From the NCBI GenBank assembly GCA_051294375.1, contig CM119265.1, positions 27,481,835 to 27,545,834 of the forward strand: DNA of 64,000 nt. The letters run 5' to 3'. The number at the start of each line of letters is the position of its first letter. The first letter of the stretch is position 1. A program made the translations under genes and the position numbers. Source of the stretch: Paraspadella gotoi. Lineage: Eukaryota > Animalia > Chaetognatha. The notes under the pieces are model-generated. The model ran no database searches. It was not told the DNA's origin and saw nothing but the letters and a program-made list of their open reading frames with translations. Positions 13,520 to 25,899 of the stretch are shown here, piece by piece.

Positions 13520-14400
13520 CACATGCGAGAAGGGGTAGGAAAGGGAGGAAAATGGAGGAAAGGAAAGAAAGGAAAGGAAGGAAAGGAAGGAAAGGAAAGA
13601 GGAAAAGGGAAGAAAAGAGAGCAAAAGAAAGAAGGTAAGGGAAGAAAAGGGAGGAAAGCAAAGAAGAATAGGAAAGAAAAAGGAGTAAAGAAGAATAGGG
13701 AAGAAAAGGGAGTAAAGGAAAAAAGGAAAGGGAAGAAAAGGGAGGAAAGGAAAAAAGGAAAGGGAATAAAAGGGAGGAAAAGAAAGAAGGAAAGGGAAGA
13801 AAATGGAGGAAAGGAAAGAAGAATAGGGAAGAAAAGGGAGGAAAAGAAAGAAGGAAAGGGAAGAAAATGGAGGAAAGGAAAGAAGAATTGAAAAAAAAGG
13901 GAGGAAATGAAATAAAAGAGAGGAAAGGAAAGAAGAATAAAGAAAAAAGAGAGAAGAGGAAAGAAGAATAGGGAAGAAAAGGGAGGAAAGGAAAGAAAAA
14001 AAGGGAAAAAGGTAGGAAAAGAAAGAAGAAAAGGGGGGAAAGGAAAGAAGAAAAAGGAGGAAAGGAAAGTAGAAAGGGGAAGAAAAGAGAGAAAAAGAAA
14101 GAAGAAGAAAAGGGAAGAAACGGAAGAAAAGAAAAGTAGAGAATAGAGAGAAACGAAAGGAAAGGAAGGAAAGGAAAGGAAAGGTAAAAATAAAAGAAAG
14201 GGAGAGTGAAAGAAAGGAAGGTAAAGAAGAAAGTTGGGAGAAAAGAAAAAGATACGAAAGAAAGAAGGATGGAAGAAATAGAAAAAAATAAATAAGATAA
14301 TAAGATATGAATATAAAAATATAGAAAGAAAAAAAAGAAAGAAATTAGCTGACAAAAAAATGAAAAAAAGGAAAGAAAAATGAAACTTGTAAAACGAGTA
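13520..14400. repeat. Polypurine degenerate tandem repeat
   Basis: Recurrent AAGAAGAATAGGGAAGAAAAGGGAGGAAAGG units. Confidence 0.85.
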
Positions 14401-15084
14401 AAATTAATAAAAAAGAACACAAACATATACACAATTAAAAAAAGAAAACCAAAAAGAAAATATAAACTTTTCACTTTCTACTTTCCACTTTCTAATACTT
14501 ACTTTTCAATTTACACTTGTGTTTGTACTTGCAAGATCACGTCATAAACCGATTTTAAAGAAAAAATACTACATTATCTAAATTCTTAACTTCACGTAAC
14601 GTTATACAGTTTTGTTTGTATACAAACATCTCTACTCACGGTTCATTTTATCGAAAGTAAGTCTCGCTTTTTCTTTCCAGATTAAACTCACCATTTTCAC
14701 CGAAATCACATTCTTTCTTTTCAAAGGAAAACTTTTTTCTAATTTTAATTCATATCGACGGAGAAAAATATTTAAAAGGCGGGTAGCTTTGCTGGGGATA
14801 AAGAGGAAAAGGAGAATAAAAGGAGAATAAAAAAATAAAATAACAATAACGATAAAAGGCATCGTTGCTCGTTGAGTCGAGATGCGAGAGGAAAGGATTT
14901 TAATCGGATTAAAGTGACTTTGACGACTCGTGAAAAATTATTTGGTGTATGTTTTGTGTTGTTGTTTTTTTGTGGTTGTTGTTGTTGTCACGTTCCTTAG
15001 CAAATTGGTATCGGGAGATTTGCGGGAAAAACAGGAAGAAGGAATCACATCCAATAAGTCCACCCGTCATAAAAGATACCTTGA

Positions 15085-15240
15085 GATGTGACCCGGTGGG
15101 TCATAGTAATACCATTCAGCTCATGACCATAAGGTACCGGGATGGATATCCACCAATTGTACCTTCCCTGCGGGAAGCTGGAGAACGCCCGTTAACCTCC
15201 CGGTTCCAAGTCCAGGACACGTTCAATGGCTGCTAGAGGA
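15085..15240 (-). mobile_element. LINE ORF1-like remnant (copy 1)
   Basis: LAAIERVLDLEPG..AFSSF.REGTIG..PSRYLMVM with a stop and frameshift; diverged homolog of 24850-25005. Confidence 0.4.
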
Positions 15241-15278
15241 AGTTAAAGAAGATGCGCGATAATATAACGTAACATCTC

Positions 15279-15858
15279 GTAGAACGTAGTGAAGTGTACG
15301 TACGGAAATTTCTAAAAGTTTAATTATGAACATTGCAACATACCATCAGTTAAACATTAATTTGTAAAAAAAAAAATTAATTTCGCAGAGTAGGCTATAT
15401 TTATATAAAGTACTATCCTTTTAAATTTCAAAATAGGCTTTTCTTAACTTTAATTGCAGATTTGATAAAAGAATATAAATCATTTTTAAAAATTCTTTCA
15501 TTAAGTGGCGTTAAAAATTAAAAACTATATTATTATATATAAAAAGTTAATTTTCAGCTTAAAATATAGCTTTTTTAAATTTTTGACCCACTTAATGAAG
15601 GAATTTTTCAAAAAGAGTTATATTTCTTTATATCAACTTTTTATGACGAATCCAAATCTACAAAAAATCTTAGAAAACTGTTTTGAAATTTTAACATTTA
15701 TTAGATTAGTACTAGTATTAATATGGTCGTTACTACGTAAATTGTAAAATTTATTATAAATTTTTTTATTACATAATGTTCATTAGTATAATGTTGTTCG
15801 TTCCCTCCCTTTTAAAATTTTAATTAAAGTTTAAATTTAGAAATTTTATTACGCCTTA
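15279..15858. mobile_element. Longer, older copy of the same hAT-type MITE
   Basis: About 15580-15858 closely matches 29285-29567 and ends ACGCCTTA. The left end is degenerate (TAGAACGTAGTGAAG) and there is no clear TSD. Confidence 0.7.
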
Positions 15859-16846
15859 GTATCAAGTATAAAGCAAGTCAGTAAAGTTTTCTCAAAACCC
15901 TTTCTTAAAGAAATACAAAAAATACAAAGTCATACTACGTTCTAAATCAAACGTAGGAAGCTAAAACTTAACGAATAAAAAAAGGGCAGAGAAGTTTGAG
16001 CTGAGTGGTAAGAAGAACTCACGTAATGTGATCAAAAAATTGATAAGAGATTCCAGGGGTCTGTGGGTAAAAAGGGTCAGGGAGTAAGTGGACTTGAAGT
16101 TAGCCAACGAATGAGATATGAGTTGAGTAATTAATCCATGTTATTTAGAAAAATTGATGGATTGATGCTGTGATGTACTGATGAAGTAATTGATGGATGG
16201 ATGGAGACTTGAATTCCGATCCCTTTGTTCATTAAATATCACAAGGAAATGTGAGGTAAGAAAAAGAACTTGCTCATGTGTCTAAAGATGATTCAAAAAT
16301 CCGAAGAGACGATGAGGAAATAGATCCAGAGATGATTTCTGAGAAATCGATAAGAAGGTCGAAAGATGGAACTCGTTTGATGATAACAGAACAAGAGATG
16401 GGAGGAAGAAAATAAGTATTTGATTATAAGAGATGAAAGGAAGAAACCTGCTTCAGTTGCAGATAGATAAGCTGGAGCTCTTGTGGAAAAGAGAGAGAGA
16501 GAGTGACTTTGAGAAAAAAGTGGCAGCAGAGTGCCAGGAAGTATCGTGGAAACTAAAATTCTGAAAACTGAAAGAAACGAATTTCAGTTAAAAAGGAAAA
16601 AGAGACCAAAATTCATTGGCAATAATTCGAAAAAAGATAAGACTTTTTAAACAATCAAAATGTCATATAGCCGTAAGAGCCGAAGTTCACATTAAAAGGA
16701 ACTCTCGGTACTGGAAATCTGACTTAGCAAACGATTTGAAAGACAAATATTTCTCGATGTAATGAATCTTTAAAGATACATCGTACTAAAATTTCTTTAT
16801 TTTCGGAAAAATACTATTCTAACATTTACAATTCAAACGATTCTCA

Positions 16847-17671
16847 AACAATTTTGAGCAAACAATGTCGGATCTGCCCACGATCATTATCGGTAATTTT
16901 TAATAATTAATTAATTAATAATTAATTAAATTAATTAATTAATTAATAATTAATTAATTAATTAATAAGTCAGTTTAGGTCTTTTCGTAACTAACCACGA
17001 CAAAAGCAATGACGATGAGAATAATGCCAATAACGATTGACTTAATTTATTGACTTATAATTTAATTATTGATTAATTAATTGACTAATTGATTAATTAA
17101 CTCATTAATTATTTGATTAATTAATACATGTTGCCCTTATATTTAATATATAAAAAAAAGAATAATAAATTAGTGAAACAGGTTTTTGTTTTTTCCATTT
17201 AAACTCATTTCCACTCAAACGATTCCATCGAAACTTGATTTCCAGTTTAATCACACACTTTCCTACCCACATACAAAATTTCAGGTCAATCTCCCAATCC
17301 ACTTATAAGCAATTTGTGTTCAAATAGTGAAATATATATATTTTTATTCCATTTAAACTCATTTCCACTCGGACGATTCCATCAAAACTTCAATCACACA
17401 CTTCCCTACCCACACACAAAATTTTATTCCAATCCATCCATCCAATCACAAGTAATTTGTGTTTTTTGCTAAGGTGGGATGGACGGACAGACAGACAGAC
17501 AGAGAGACAGACGACGGACGGACGGACATCATTTTTTTTGCATAAGTCATCATAATTCGATGTTCTGACATGATATAAGGGAATGCCCGACAATATTGAG
17601 GGGGCGTACCGACGGACGAACAAAGTGAATTATAGAGTCGGGATCTGCTGATAAGCAGATCCGACTAAAAA
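16847..17671 (-). mobile_element. Helentron-associated (DINE-1/HINE-like) non-autonomous element, family 1
   Basis: Subterminal IR GTCGGATCTGC/GCAGATCCGAC, a hairpin at one end, a (GACA/GGAC)n microsatellite, an internal tandem duplication of about 160 bp, and T-rich ends. Confidence 0.7.
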
Positions 17672-18222
17672 AGAACCATTTGTTACCATTTTGCATTTTT
17701 GCAACATCCAACAATCGAAACTAAAAAAAAAACGGGAAATTCCCGCTGATGCTCATGAAAATCGTTCTTTTTTTTCTCGCCGCCAGAGGGATTTTTGTGT
17801 GTGGGTCGAGGATTAGGGAGCAATTTTTGCTGACACCATTGAATATCGGTAGTTAGCACCATGGGACGAGAGATAAACTCCTTTCTCTTCTTCTTTTTTT
17901 CTTTTTTTTTTCTTTTGAACTTTTGTTTCCATAAAATTGAAGAAAAAGAAGAAAGGCCAATTTCATTGAGTCGCGCGGTCGCGCTGCGTTTTCTTTAGCA
18001 GTATCTGGTAAAATCATAAACTGTCACTTTGTGAGTCAGTCAGTCAGTCAAACTACTTAGATCATCTCAAAACATCAAATAGCGATCGTTGGTTGGCGAT
18101 TATGCTAACTTATTTTGAAATAAAATGAATATTTTTTTTATTTGTAGAAATCATAATTTTTTTTTCAATTAAAAAAAATTTTAAAATGAATTTTGGGGAG
18201 CTTAGAAAATTGAACATAAATA

Positions 18223-18585
18223 CAGAGTGTCTCAAGCGTACTGTCACTTTACAACTGAGCGCTGTGTCAAATTGGTAAAGTGAATTATTAATTTGATGAT
18301 ACCACCGGAAAGATGAGTTTATACAGTTATTTTTTGTATCTTTATAATTATGTTTGTTTGTATTTTTATTGACACAATACAATATTTAAAATTGAAGAAA
18401 AATTATTTGCGACATTTGCTTTGAGTGCTGATAAAATGTTATATAATCGTTTAATTTTAGAAATAAAAACATAATTTAAAACTGTAAGAACTTCTGGATC
18501 CAACGAGAACAGTAAATGCAATTTTTAAAGCTGTACTGATTAACTGTATTCATTTTTAAAGAGACAGTACGCTTGAGACACTCTG
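18223..18585. mobile_element. Tc1/mariner-type MITE
   Basis: Perfect 23-bp TIR CAGAGTGTCTCAAGCGTACTGTC / GACAGTACGCTTGAGACACTCTG flanked by TA on both sides; AT-rich non-coding interior. Confidence 0.88.
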
Positions 18586-19541
18586 TAGTTTATATCATTT
18601 TACTATTTTTGTGATTTACTGATGAGTAAATAAAATAAAGTTTTGTGTGAAAAAAATTATAAAATATTTGTGAAATTGGTACAACCAATTTTACAATTTT
18701 TTCAATTAACTTGTTAATCCTAACATATCTAAAAATATACAAAAATTATCATTGTTGTTATTCATAAAAAAACTTTATTTTGTTTATGACTTTAAACGCA
18801 ACAAATTGACAAATAAAATTTAAGTTGTGATGAAAGTGATGATTTTTTAACACACTTATCAACTTTAAATAGGCTATCTATAACCGCTAATAAAAATAAA
18901 AATTTATAAAAATAATATGCAATTGCCTTTTTAATAATAAACAATTAGATATAAAATTAAATGTACTTAACTACTTGACAAAGTATTAGCATGAATCAGG
19001 TTACTATACTAACTTTACAAAGGATATTATCAATTCATAATACAGAAATCTTAGTAAGAAAAATGGATATATTTTGGTCCACCTCAATGTACAATGGCCA
19101 AAATTGAACACTTTTTATAAAATCTAGTTCTCTCAAAAAAATTTATTTTTTCCTTCTACTACTAAATCGATTTTAAATCCAACTTTTTGAATTAATTCAT
19201 AAAGTTTTTACACAAAAATTGAAATTTGATTTTTTAAGAACAGATTCTTATAAAGCTTAAAAAGTTAAATGAAAGTTAGTACTATAATTTTTCTAAATTT
19301 TGACAACAAATTGGTTAAAAATAAAAAACTTTAAAAAATTATCAACATTATCATCAAAATAAAAAAACAAAAACAATATAAAAGTTGTAATAATAACATT
19401 TATCTAACTTTTAAAGCTCTATCAGAATCCACTAAAAAAAATTTAAACGCTTCCGTGCACTTATCTATAAGATAAATCTTAAAACTATTTTCATTTACAT
19501 ATTCTAGTTTTCAACCTATTCCGGCCTAATGTACACCGTGA

Positions 19542-20540
19542 TTAGGTTGTGACCGCGGCTATGACGAGGGTATCAGCATAGCCTATTTGGCTTGATTTAG
19601 AATTCCAGGAAAGAGGCCCTCCATTTGGATCTGTCGAATAAGCGATAAGCGGATAACGAAGATCGGTGCTATTCAGTGTATAATTAAGGCATGGTGTAAG
19701 TCTCCTGTTGTTTTTTAAAGTAATTGAAGTATCAGGCTAATTCTGTATTCATTAAAAAGAGAGTAATACTAAATGCCAGAGTTCTACCTGGTGACAACCA
19801 TGATCCATCCCGCTTCATCAATACAATACACACTAGATTTGAAAACGTGGAACAGCTGTCCATCTCTTGAAAACAAAAATCGCCCTAAGATTGTAAATAA
19901 TACGAATCAAATATTTTTTTAGTTTATAAAGCAAGCTGGATTCTTTGGTGTTGAAAGGGGAAAAACAAAATCTTAATTTAAAGATATTAGTTAATTTTAT
20001 TAGATGAACAATTTGAGCAAACAATGTCGGATCTGCCTACGATAATTAAGTGGTCATCAACTAATCAGATGACAAATCATGACATTTCTTTCCGACTTTC
20101 AATTTGTGATCTTAACCGATTATAACAAATCATAACATTACAATTAAAAAATCATAACAGACTTCTTAATAAATCAATGAAAAAATCTATATCAATTGAT
20201 CCAACTTGCATAATTTGGTCAACTTGTATAAATTGGTCAACTGGCATAATTTTTTCATAAATTTTTTTGGTGTGAATCAGCAGGGCGCCAAACCGAGTCC
20301 TTTGGGTTGGGAGGAGCTCGTGCTACCTCCGGCGCTATAGGGGCTGCTGATTCTCGGATGAGTAACGAGGTATGAAATACTACTGCTACAAGCGGAAAAG
20401 AATAACATTTTTTTATTGGCAACAACGATAATTTATTTTAAATTGGGACATTTTTTGACTGTGAATGCGAGTCTTCTTCAGCCCAATAACAATTTGTGAT
20501 TTCACAATATTTTTATTCCAAAAATAATGTGTGTGAGATA

Positions 20541-20588
<48 letters not shown>

Positions 20589-20964
20589 CAGAAATTAACA
20601 ATTTATCATAAATTGAGGTTCTGACATTATCTAAGTAATTTACCAACAAGATTTAGGTGTGGGACCGACGGACCGACAAAATGAATTATAGAGTCGGAAT
20701 CTGCCAATAAGCAGATCCGACTAAAAATTAAGTTTTTTAGTTTTAATTCTATTTAATATCTCTTCAAATGTCTTCAGATTGTCTAAGTTTAATAAAGTGC
20801 AATCCCTTTTTCGGAATTGTTCTGTTCTTACCGTTTGTTAACTTGGGGCCGACAATTGTTTTAAAATGGCCATTCCTTATAAACCAAGAGAGTGGTTTCG
20901 TATTGTTTCCATAAAAAAGTAAGTCAACAATAGTAACACCATCTTTGTAAAACGTCAGACGCAC
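19542..20964 (-). CDS. 3' exons of a gene for an uncharacterised invertebrate-type domain (SWF...C..E.GW..V...C...P..YS...W...G.AD pattern)
   Basis: Three GT-AG exons with matching phases: 20964-20832, 19884-19788, 19704-19542. They give VRLTFYKDGVTIVDLLFYGNNTKPLSWF...NGRFLFSRDGQLFHVFKSSVYCIDEAGWIMVVTRRLTPCLNY...YPLIAYSTDPNGGPLSWNSKSSQIGYADTLVIAAVTT*. A likely upstream exon (about 21440-21550, HFKSDLSYKW) is frameshifted, and the 5' end is unresolved. Confidence 0.72.
20007..20727 (-). mobile_element. Second copy of HINE-like family 1 (intronic)
   Basis: Same ends (TTTGAGCAAACAATGTCGGATCTGCC ... GCAGATCCGACTAAAAA) with a different interior; lies in the 20831-19885 intron. Confidence 0.7.
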
Positions 20965-22092
20965 CTACAAAGCAGAAAAAAAATACAGTACCTGTAGAAA
21001 ATGCTTATTATTTTCTATGCCTCGAGGGTCGCGCGTTCGATTCGTCGGCCGGAGGTTGTACTGGTTTTAACATGGAGCAAGGTTTTATAAATCTCGAATG
21101 ACGTAAATGTCGAATAAATGACGAATAAATCGTGCATAAGTTTATTTTTGAAGAATAAATAAATGGCGAAATCAATGTTGCATAATAAATTGGTGTGGAA
21201 AATCCTTGGATTCCGTAAAAAATAACGGTTCATACAGCCGATATTTTCCAGAGAAAACGATTAGTGATCGAATGAACAAGTGACGAGGTTTTTCGGCTAA
21301 AAGAAAAGTTACAAGAAAGCCACTAGAACGGTGAAAAGACTGGTCTGAAAAGGTCAACTAAATTACCAGGGGAAAAATGACCGGACGCGAGGTCACAAAA
21401 TCTTTCAGTACCGGAAACCTAGAATGTCGTAAGTCTGTACATGGAATAGCTTTTCCATTTATAGGATAAATCGCTTTAAAATGTTATAGGAAGTTGTCTA
21501 GATGTCTGGCTATTGCCCATAAAGCAATTTTTTAAATTAATAATCCTAAACCACTTAGAAATTGGGTCAAAATTTGTGTTGAAAAACTTGCATAGCTCTG
21601 ATATATTTTGAAATTTTTGAATGAGTTGATTGACTGACTTAATGATTGAATTTTTTGATTTATTTACTTCCCCTGTAGAAAATGTTGACCGGACGCGAGG
21701 TCACAAAATCTTTCAGCCCCCATTTACAGACTGACGACATTCTCTGTATTTAAAAGAAAAAACCTATGTTAAAAACAAAGCAAGTGTTGTGGAAGACGAT
21801 TCCGCGAGCAGTTCACCGTCCGTTGCACACAATTAAAAAAATTTACAGTAGCCTTTTTTTATACATAGTATGTTAATAATGATCATAGAAAATGTCTAAA
21901 TTTTTTAAACTATCAATTAAATTTTAGTTCAAAAATATAGTTTTTTTTGTGTATATCAATGTTCCTTGGTACAAGGCAGTTCCTCATCAACTCTTTGAAT
22001 TATAATCAGCACCTTTCACTTTTATTAGACAGGATAATTAATAATAATTAATAATTAATTAAGGTAGAAACATTTCTCATTCTTTTGACTCG

Positions 22093-22428
22093 ATACTCCA
22101 GCCTTATTTTCCTAGAGCATCCCGTTTTATCTTAAAAAAATGTTATTGGGTTAAGTTTTTTAGTTAGAGATTAGGTTAGAGGTTGGGTATTTGGCTATGG
22201 ATAAGATTAGTGATTAAGGTTAGGGACTTGGTTTGTGATAAGAGTGAGGGATTTAGGTTAGGGTTAGAGTTTCGGGTTAGAAATTAAGGATTATGGGTTT
22301 CTAGAGTGAGGGTTCAAAATTAAGTTATATAAGTTTAAGAATAAATTTAAATAAAATAATAAAATTAAAATAAAATTCTGTGATAAACAAACAGAAATTG
22401 GACACTCTTGGAAAAGAGAGCTGAGACT
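22093..22428. mobile_element. Small element with imperfect TIRs and degenerate TTAGGG-like interior
   Basis: Ends CTCCAGCCTTATTTTCCTAGAG and CTCTTGGAAAAGAGAGCTGAG; an opposite-orientation relative lies at about 12561-12787. Confidence 0.5.
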
Positions 22429-24424
22429 TCTAGGGTCATAAACTTCTGAAACTATTAAACCGGATTCTCGACTTTTGTACCAGGGAATCGAGATTGGTGG
22501 GATTCCACCCGCGACTCTCGAATAAAACTGACTGAGTCTTGAAAGGATCGCACTTGGCCAAAAAAAATAACAATATCGGTCTATATATATGTGTTGCGCG
22601 GCCGTGACTCTCTTTTCACGTGTATCTTTCTGCGCAAAGTTTTATTTCAAACAACACGAAATATACTTTGCGATCCACTCATTAATAAATGGCGTTCAAA
22701 GCCGAAGGACGGACAGAAGGACGAATAGACGGACATCAATTTGTTTTGATTTTTTTGTTATTTTCAGTTAATCTAAGTTATTTATCTGTTACGAAATAAC
22801 GATCCTCTATATTTCGATGCTCTTTTGTTCTTTTTTTTACTAACTCAAAGATTTGCCGTCTTTTCAGCGATCACAGCGACATCTTTAGTTAGGATCATGT
22901 ATTAAGATATATATACTTAAGTACAGATTCCGAGGGAGTGAAATGTAGGATTCTGATTGGTTCTTCGGGATATCGATCGATATAAAGAATAAAAGACATT
23001 ATTTTTTTTAGTTATGTAATCGCATTTACTGGTCCATTTCCTGCGATGATGTCATGTCATGTCATGTCATATGATGTGATCAAAGGAAAATTCACGTAAA
23101 AATAAAGTCGCTGTGACGCAACACATTGGAATTACCGTTCTCGTTTTAATATTTTATGGTGGTATAATTAAAACATGAAAAAGATAAACCTACATATGGA
23201 CAGATTGATAGACGAACCGACCGACCGAAAAGAGTCTTATAGATTCGCTTCGCGAGGGAAAAAAGGAAAAGGAAAAAAAAAGGGAAAAAAAAGGAAAAAA
23301 AAGGGAAAAAAAAGGGAAAAAAAAGCAATCGAGAAATTTTGAAGCCGCGAACAAAACATTCTTTGAATTGAAGGGGGGAAGGAGGAGGGTGGGAAGAAGG
23401 AAACGAGAGGGGAGAGGGAGAGGGGAGACAAAGGATGGAGGAGCATGAGGAGTCATATACTCACTCCTCCCGGACGCAGCCGTCCACCGATGCAGAGCCA
23501 GCGGCGCGCGGCTACCCGACGACTCAAACTTCTCCTTCCGGGCTTCTTCCGGCTCGGATTCGGGGAGAATTTTCCTCTTCTCGATGGTGGATGTCGGGCT
23601 TCCTCCGGGATCGAAGTGCCGGAGGCGGATCTGGGGCCGGATGATCTCCTCTTCTCTCTCTCTCTCATTCTCTTACTTCTCTTTTGCTTCTCTCTTGGTG
23701 CTCTTGTCGGTCTCACTCTCTATTTCTATCTTTAGCAATTTTTCCATTATTATCAGTATTTTTTTTTCAACCTAATTATTACTGCCTGAATCTCTATTGA
23801 TCAATTCAAAAAACTTCTCAATAATATGATCAAGAACGCATATTTTATATGGGAAATTAGTACACAGCCGGGAGATCAAGTATGACTCAAGAAGGTTAGT
23901 AAATCCCAAATATCGAGTGACTCGAATATGCAAATGAGATTAATGCGTCATCGTAAGGTTGAATATAAGGCAAAAGAGAGGCATATAACATTTCTAAATA
24001 ATACTTTTTTTTTAAAAAAAACAATTAATAAAATATGTTTTAATTTGTTCTTTTGATAGTTCTGTAATAATGAAAAAATATTCAAAAAAGCTAATTAATC
24101 TTAGTTAATCCAAATTGGTTTAACACAACTAGTTTCTTTTTAATTTTAAGAAAATTATTTAAAAAATATAATCTTCTTTAATAAGCAATCAGATTGGTGC
24201 AAGAAAATTAGTATTAATAGCATATACATGAAGCAGGAGGAGAGGGAAGAAGAGGCGCGGAGAGGAGAGGAGAGGGAGAAGAGGGGAGAGGGAAAAAGAA
24301 GAGGAGGAGGAGGAGAAGGAGAAGGGGGAAGAAGAAAAACTGTTATGGAGAAAATCTGAAAAAATATTCTCAGAGGATTAACAGCGTTCGATTTTTGGTG
24401 AGTCTCCTCTCCTCTCTCTCTCGT

Positions 24425-24456
<32 letters not shown>

Positions 24457-24586
24457 CTCCTCTCTCTCCTCTGCCCTTAACCTTGAATTCGCCTTCCCTT
24501 TTCCTCTATTCGAATTTCTGTCCGCTTCCATCTGCAATGGAGATTCTTTGCGCGACGCAAAATCTCTTTAACTCTCTCTCTCCTCA

Positions 24587-24635
<49 letters not shown>

Positions 24636-24849
24636 CGCTCTATCTCTGCTCTCATTTTTGAAACTTTCATGAGTTCGACGTCGCCTTCCGATTCATATAT
24701 CTTTATCGATTTTAGACATATTTTAGATATTTATTTATATTTAAATCTTTTTAGTAATACAATGACATTTTCAATAGAATCATTCAAAAAAAAAAGCTTT
24801 GAAGGTTAACAATAATAAAGTAGTCGTGAATTGCATAAGCAATATTCTT

Positions 24850-25005
24850 TCTGTCATGACCCCGTGGCTCATTGAGTAATACCATCGGCACATTACCATA
24901 ACGTACCGAGGTCGATTCCCAATAGTTCCTACCCTACGGAAAGAGTGAAATACTTTAAACCCTGATTCCAAGCCCAAGACCCGTTCCATGGCTGCTGAGG
25001 GGGGC
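24850..25005 (-). mobile_element. LINE ORF1-like remnant (copy 2)
   Basis: AAMERVLGLESGFKVFHSFRRVGTIGNRPRYVMV resembles the lgl...afRlG...rpRpilV pattern of CR1/L2-type ORF1; homologous to 15085-15240. Confidence 0.4.
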
Positions 25006-25847
25006 ACGTTTGATACGGATAGTAGTCTTCAGCTCACTTGGCGAAGTATCAAAACTGAGAGCTGATTTAAAGGCTTCCTTTCCTTTCCTTTCCTCATCCT
25101 CTCCTCTCTCTTAACTTACCTTTTCATTCTCTCTCATCAATCTTCTTCCAAATTCTAAATTCCATTGTTTTTCTCTTTTCTCAAAATCTCTTGAAACAAT
25201 TTCGACTACTTAATCCACTTTTATTCTAATCTTTACCGCTTCTCTCTTCTTAATCCACTTTTATTCTAATCTTCACCGTTTCTCTCTTCTTCTTAATCCT
25301 AACCCTAATCGCTAATTGTTAACCTTATCCCATAACCCCGAACCTTTAACCTAAAACTTATCCTCATCACTAATCACTAACCTAATCAATAACTTACTCC
25401 CTAACTTAATCCGCGACTCTAACCGTTAACTGCGTCTTTAAACCTAAAATCAAAATCGGAATTCAAGATGAAATGGGGCTAACTGGGAAAATTAGGCTGG
25501 ATGTGTGTAGTGTTGTGCAACCTTCCGTGGGTGGGTAGTTCTACTTCTGTTCACTTCTCGTGGTGGACCTCGGGGTTGTGGTCGAGTTTGTTGCGGGTGG
25601 GGTGGCTTTCGTCCTTCTCTCTCTCGTCTCTCTCTCTTGCTCCGTCTCTCTCTCTCTCTCTCTCTCTCCTCCTCCTCTACTGCTTTCTTTCTCCGTTTGT
25701 TGTTCTCATCGTTTCGTGGCGGTCGCATTTAATGTAGGCCGAACTTTAATCGGCCTTCGGGCCCTTTGGACGTTCTTTCCCGTTGCACGAGGCGGAAACC
25801 TTAAACCTTTCCTGATTATCCTTCTTCTTCTCTCTCTGCTCTCCTCA

Positions 25848-25879
<32 letters not shown>

Positions 25880-25899
25880 CTCCTCAATACTCTACTCTC

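Noticed and set aside
13437-14474. 345-aa Phe-rich membrane-like ORF
   Set aside because: Reverse strand of a polypurine tandem repeat.
22160-22320. Telomere or interstitial telomeric array (also about 12670-12760 and 25290-25440)
   Set aside because: TTAGGG-like words are highly degenerate, and two of the three tracts lie inside small TIR-bounded repeats.
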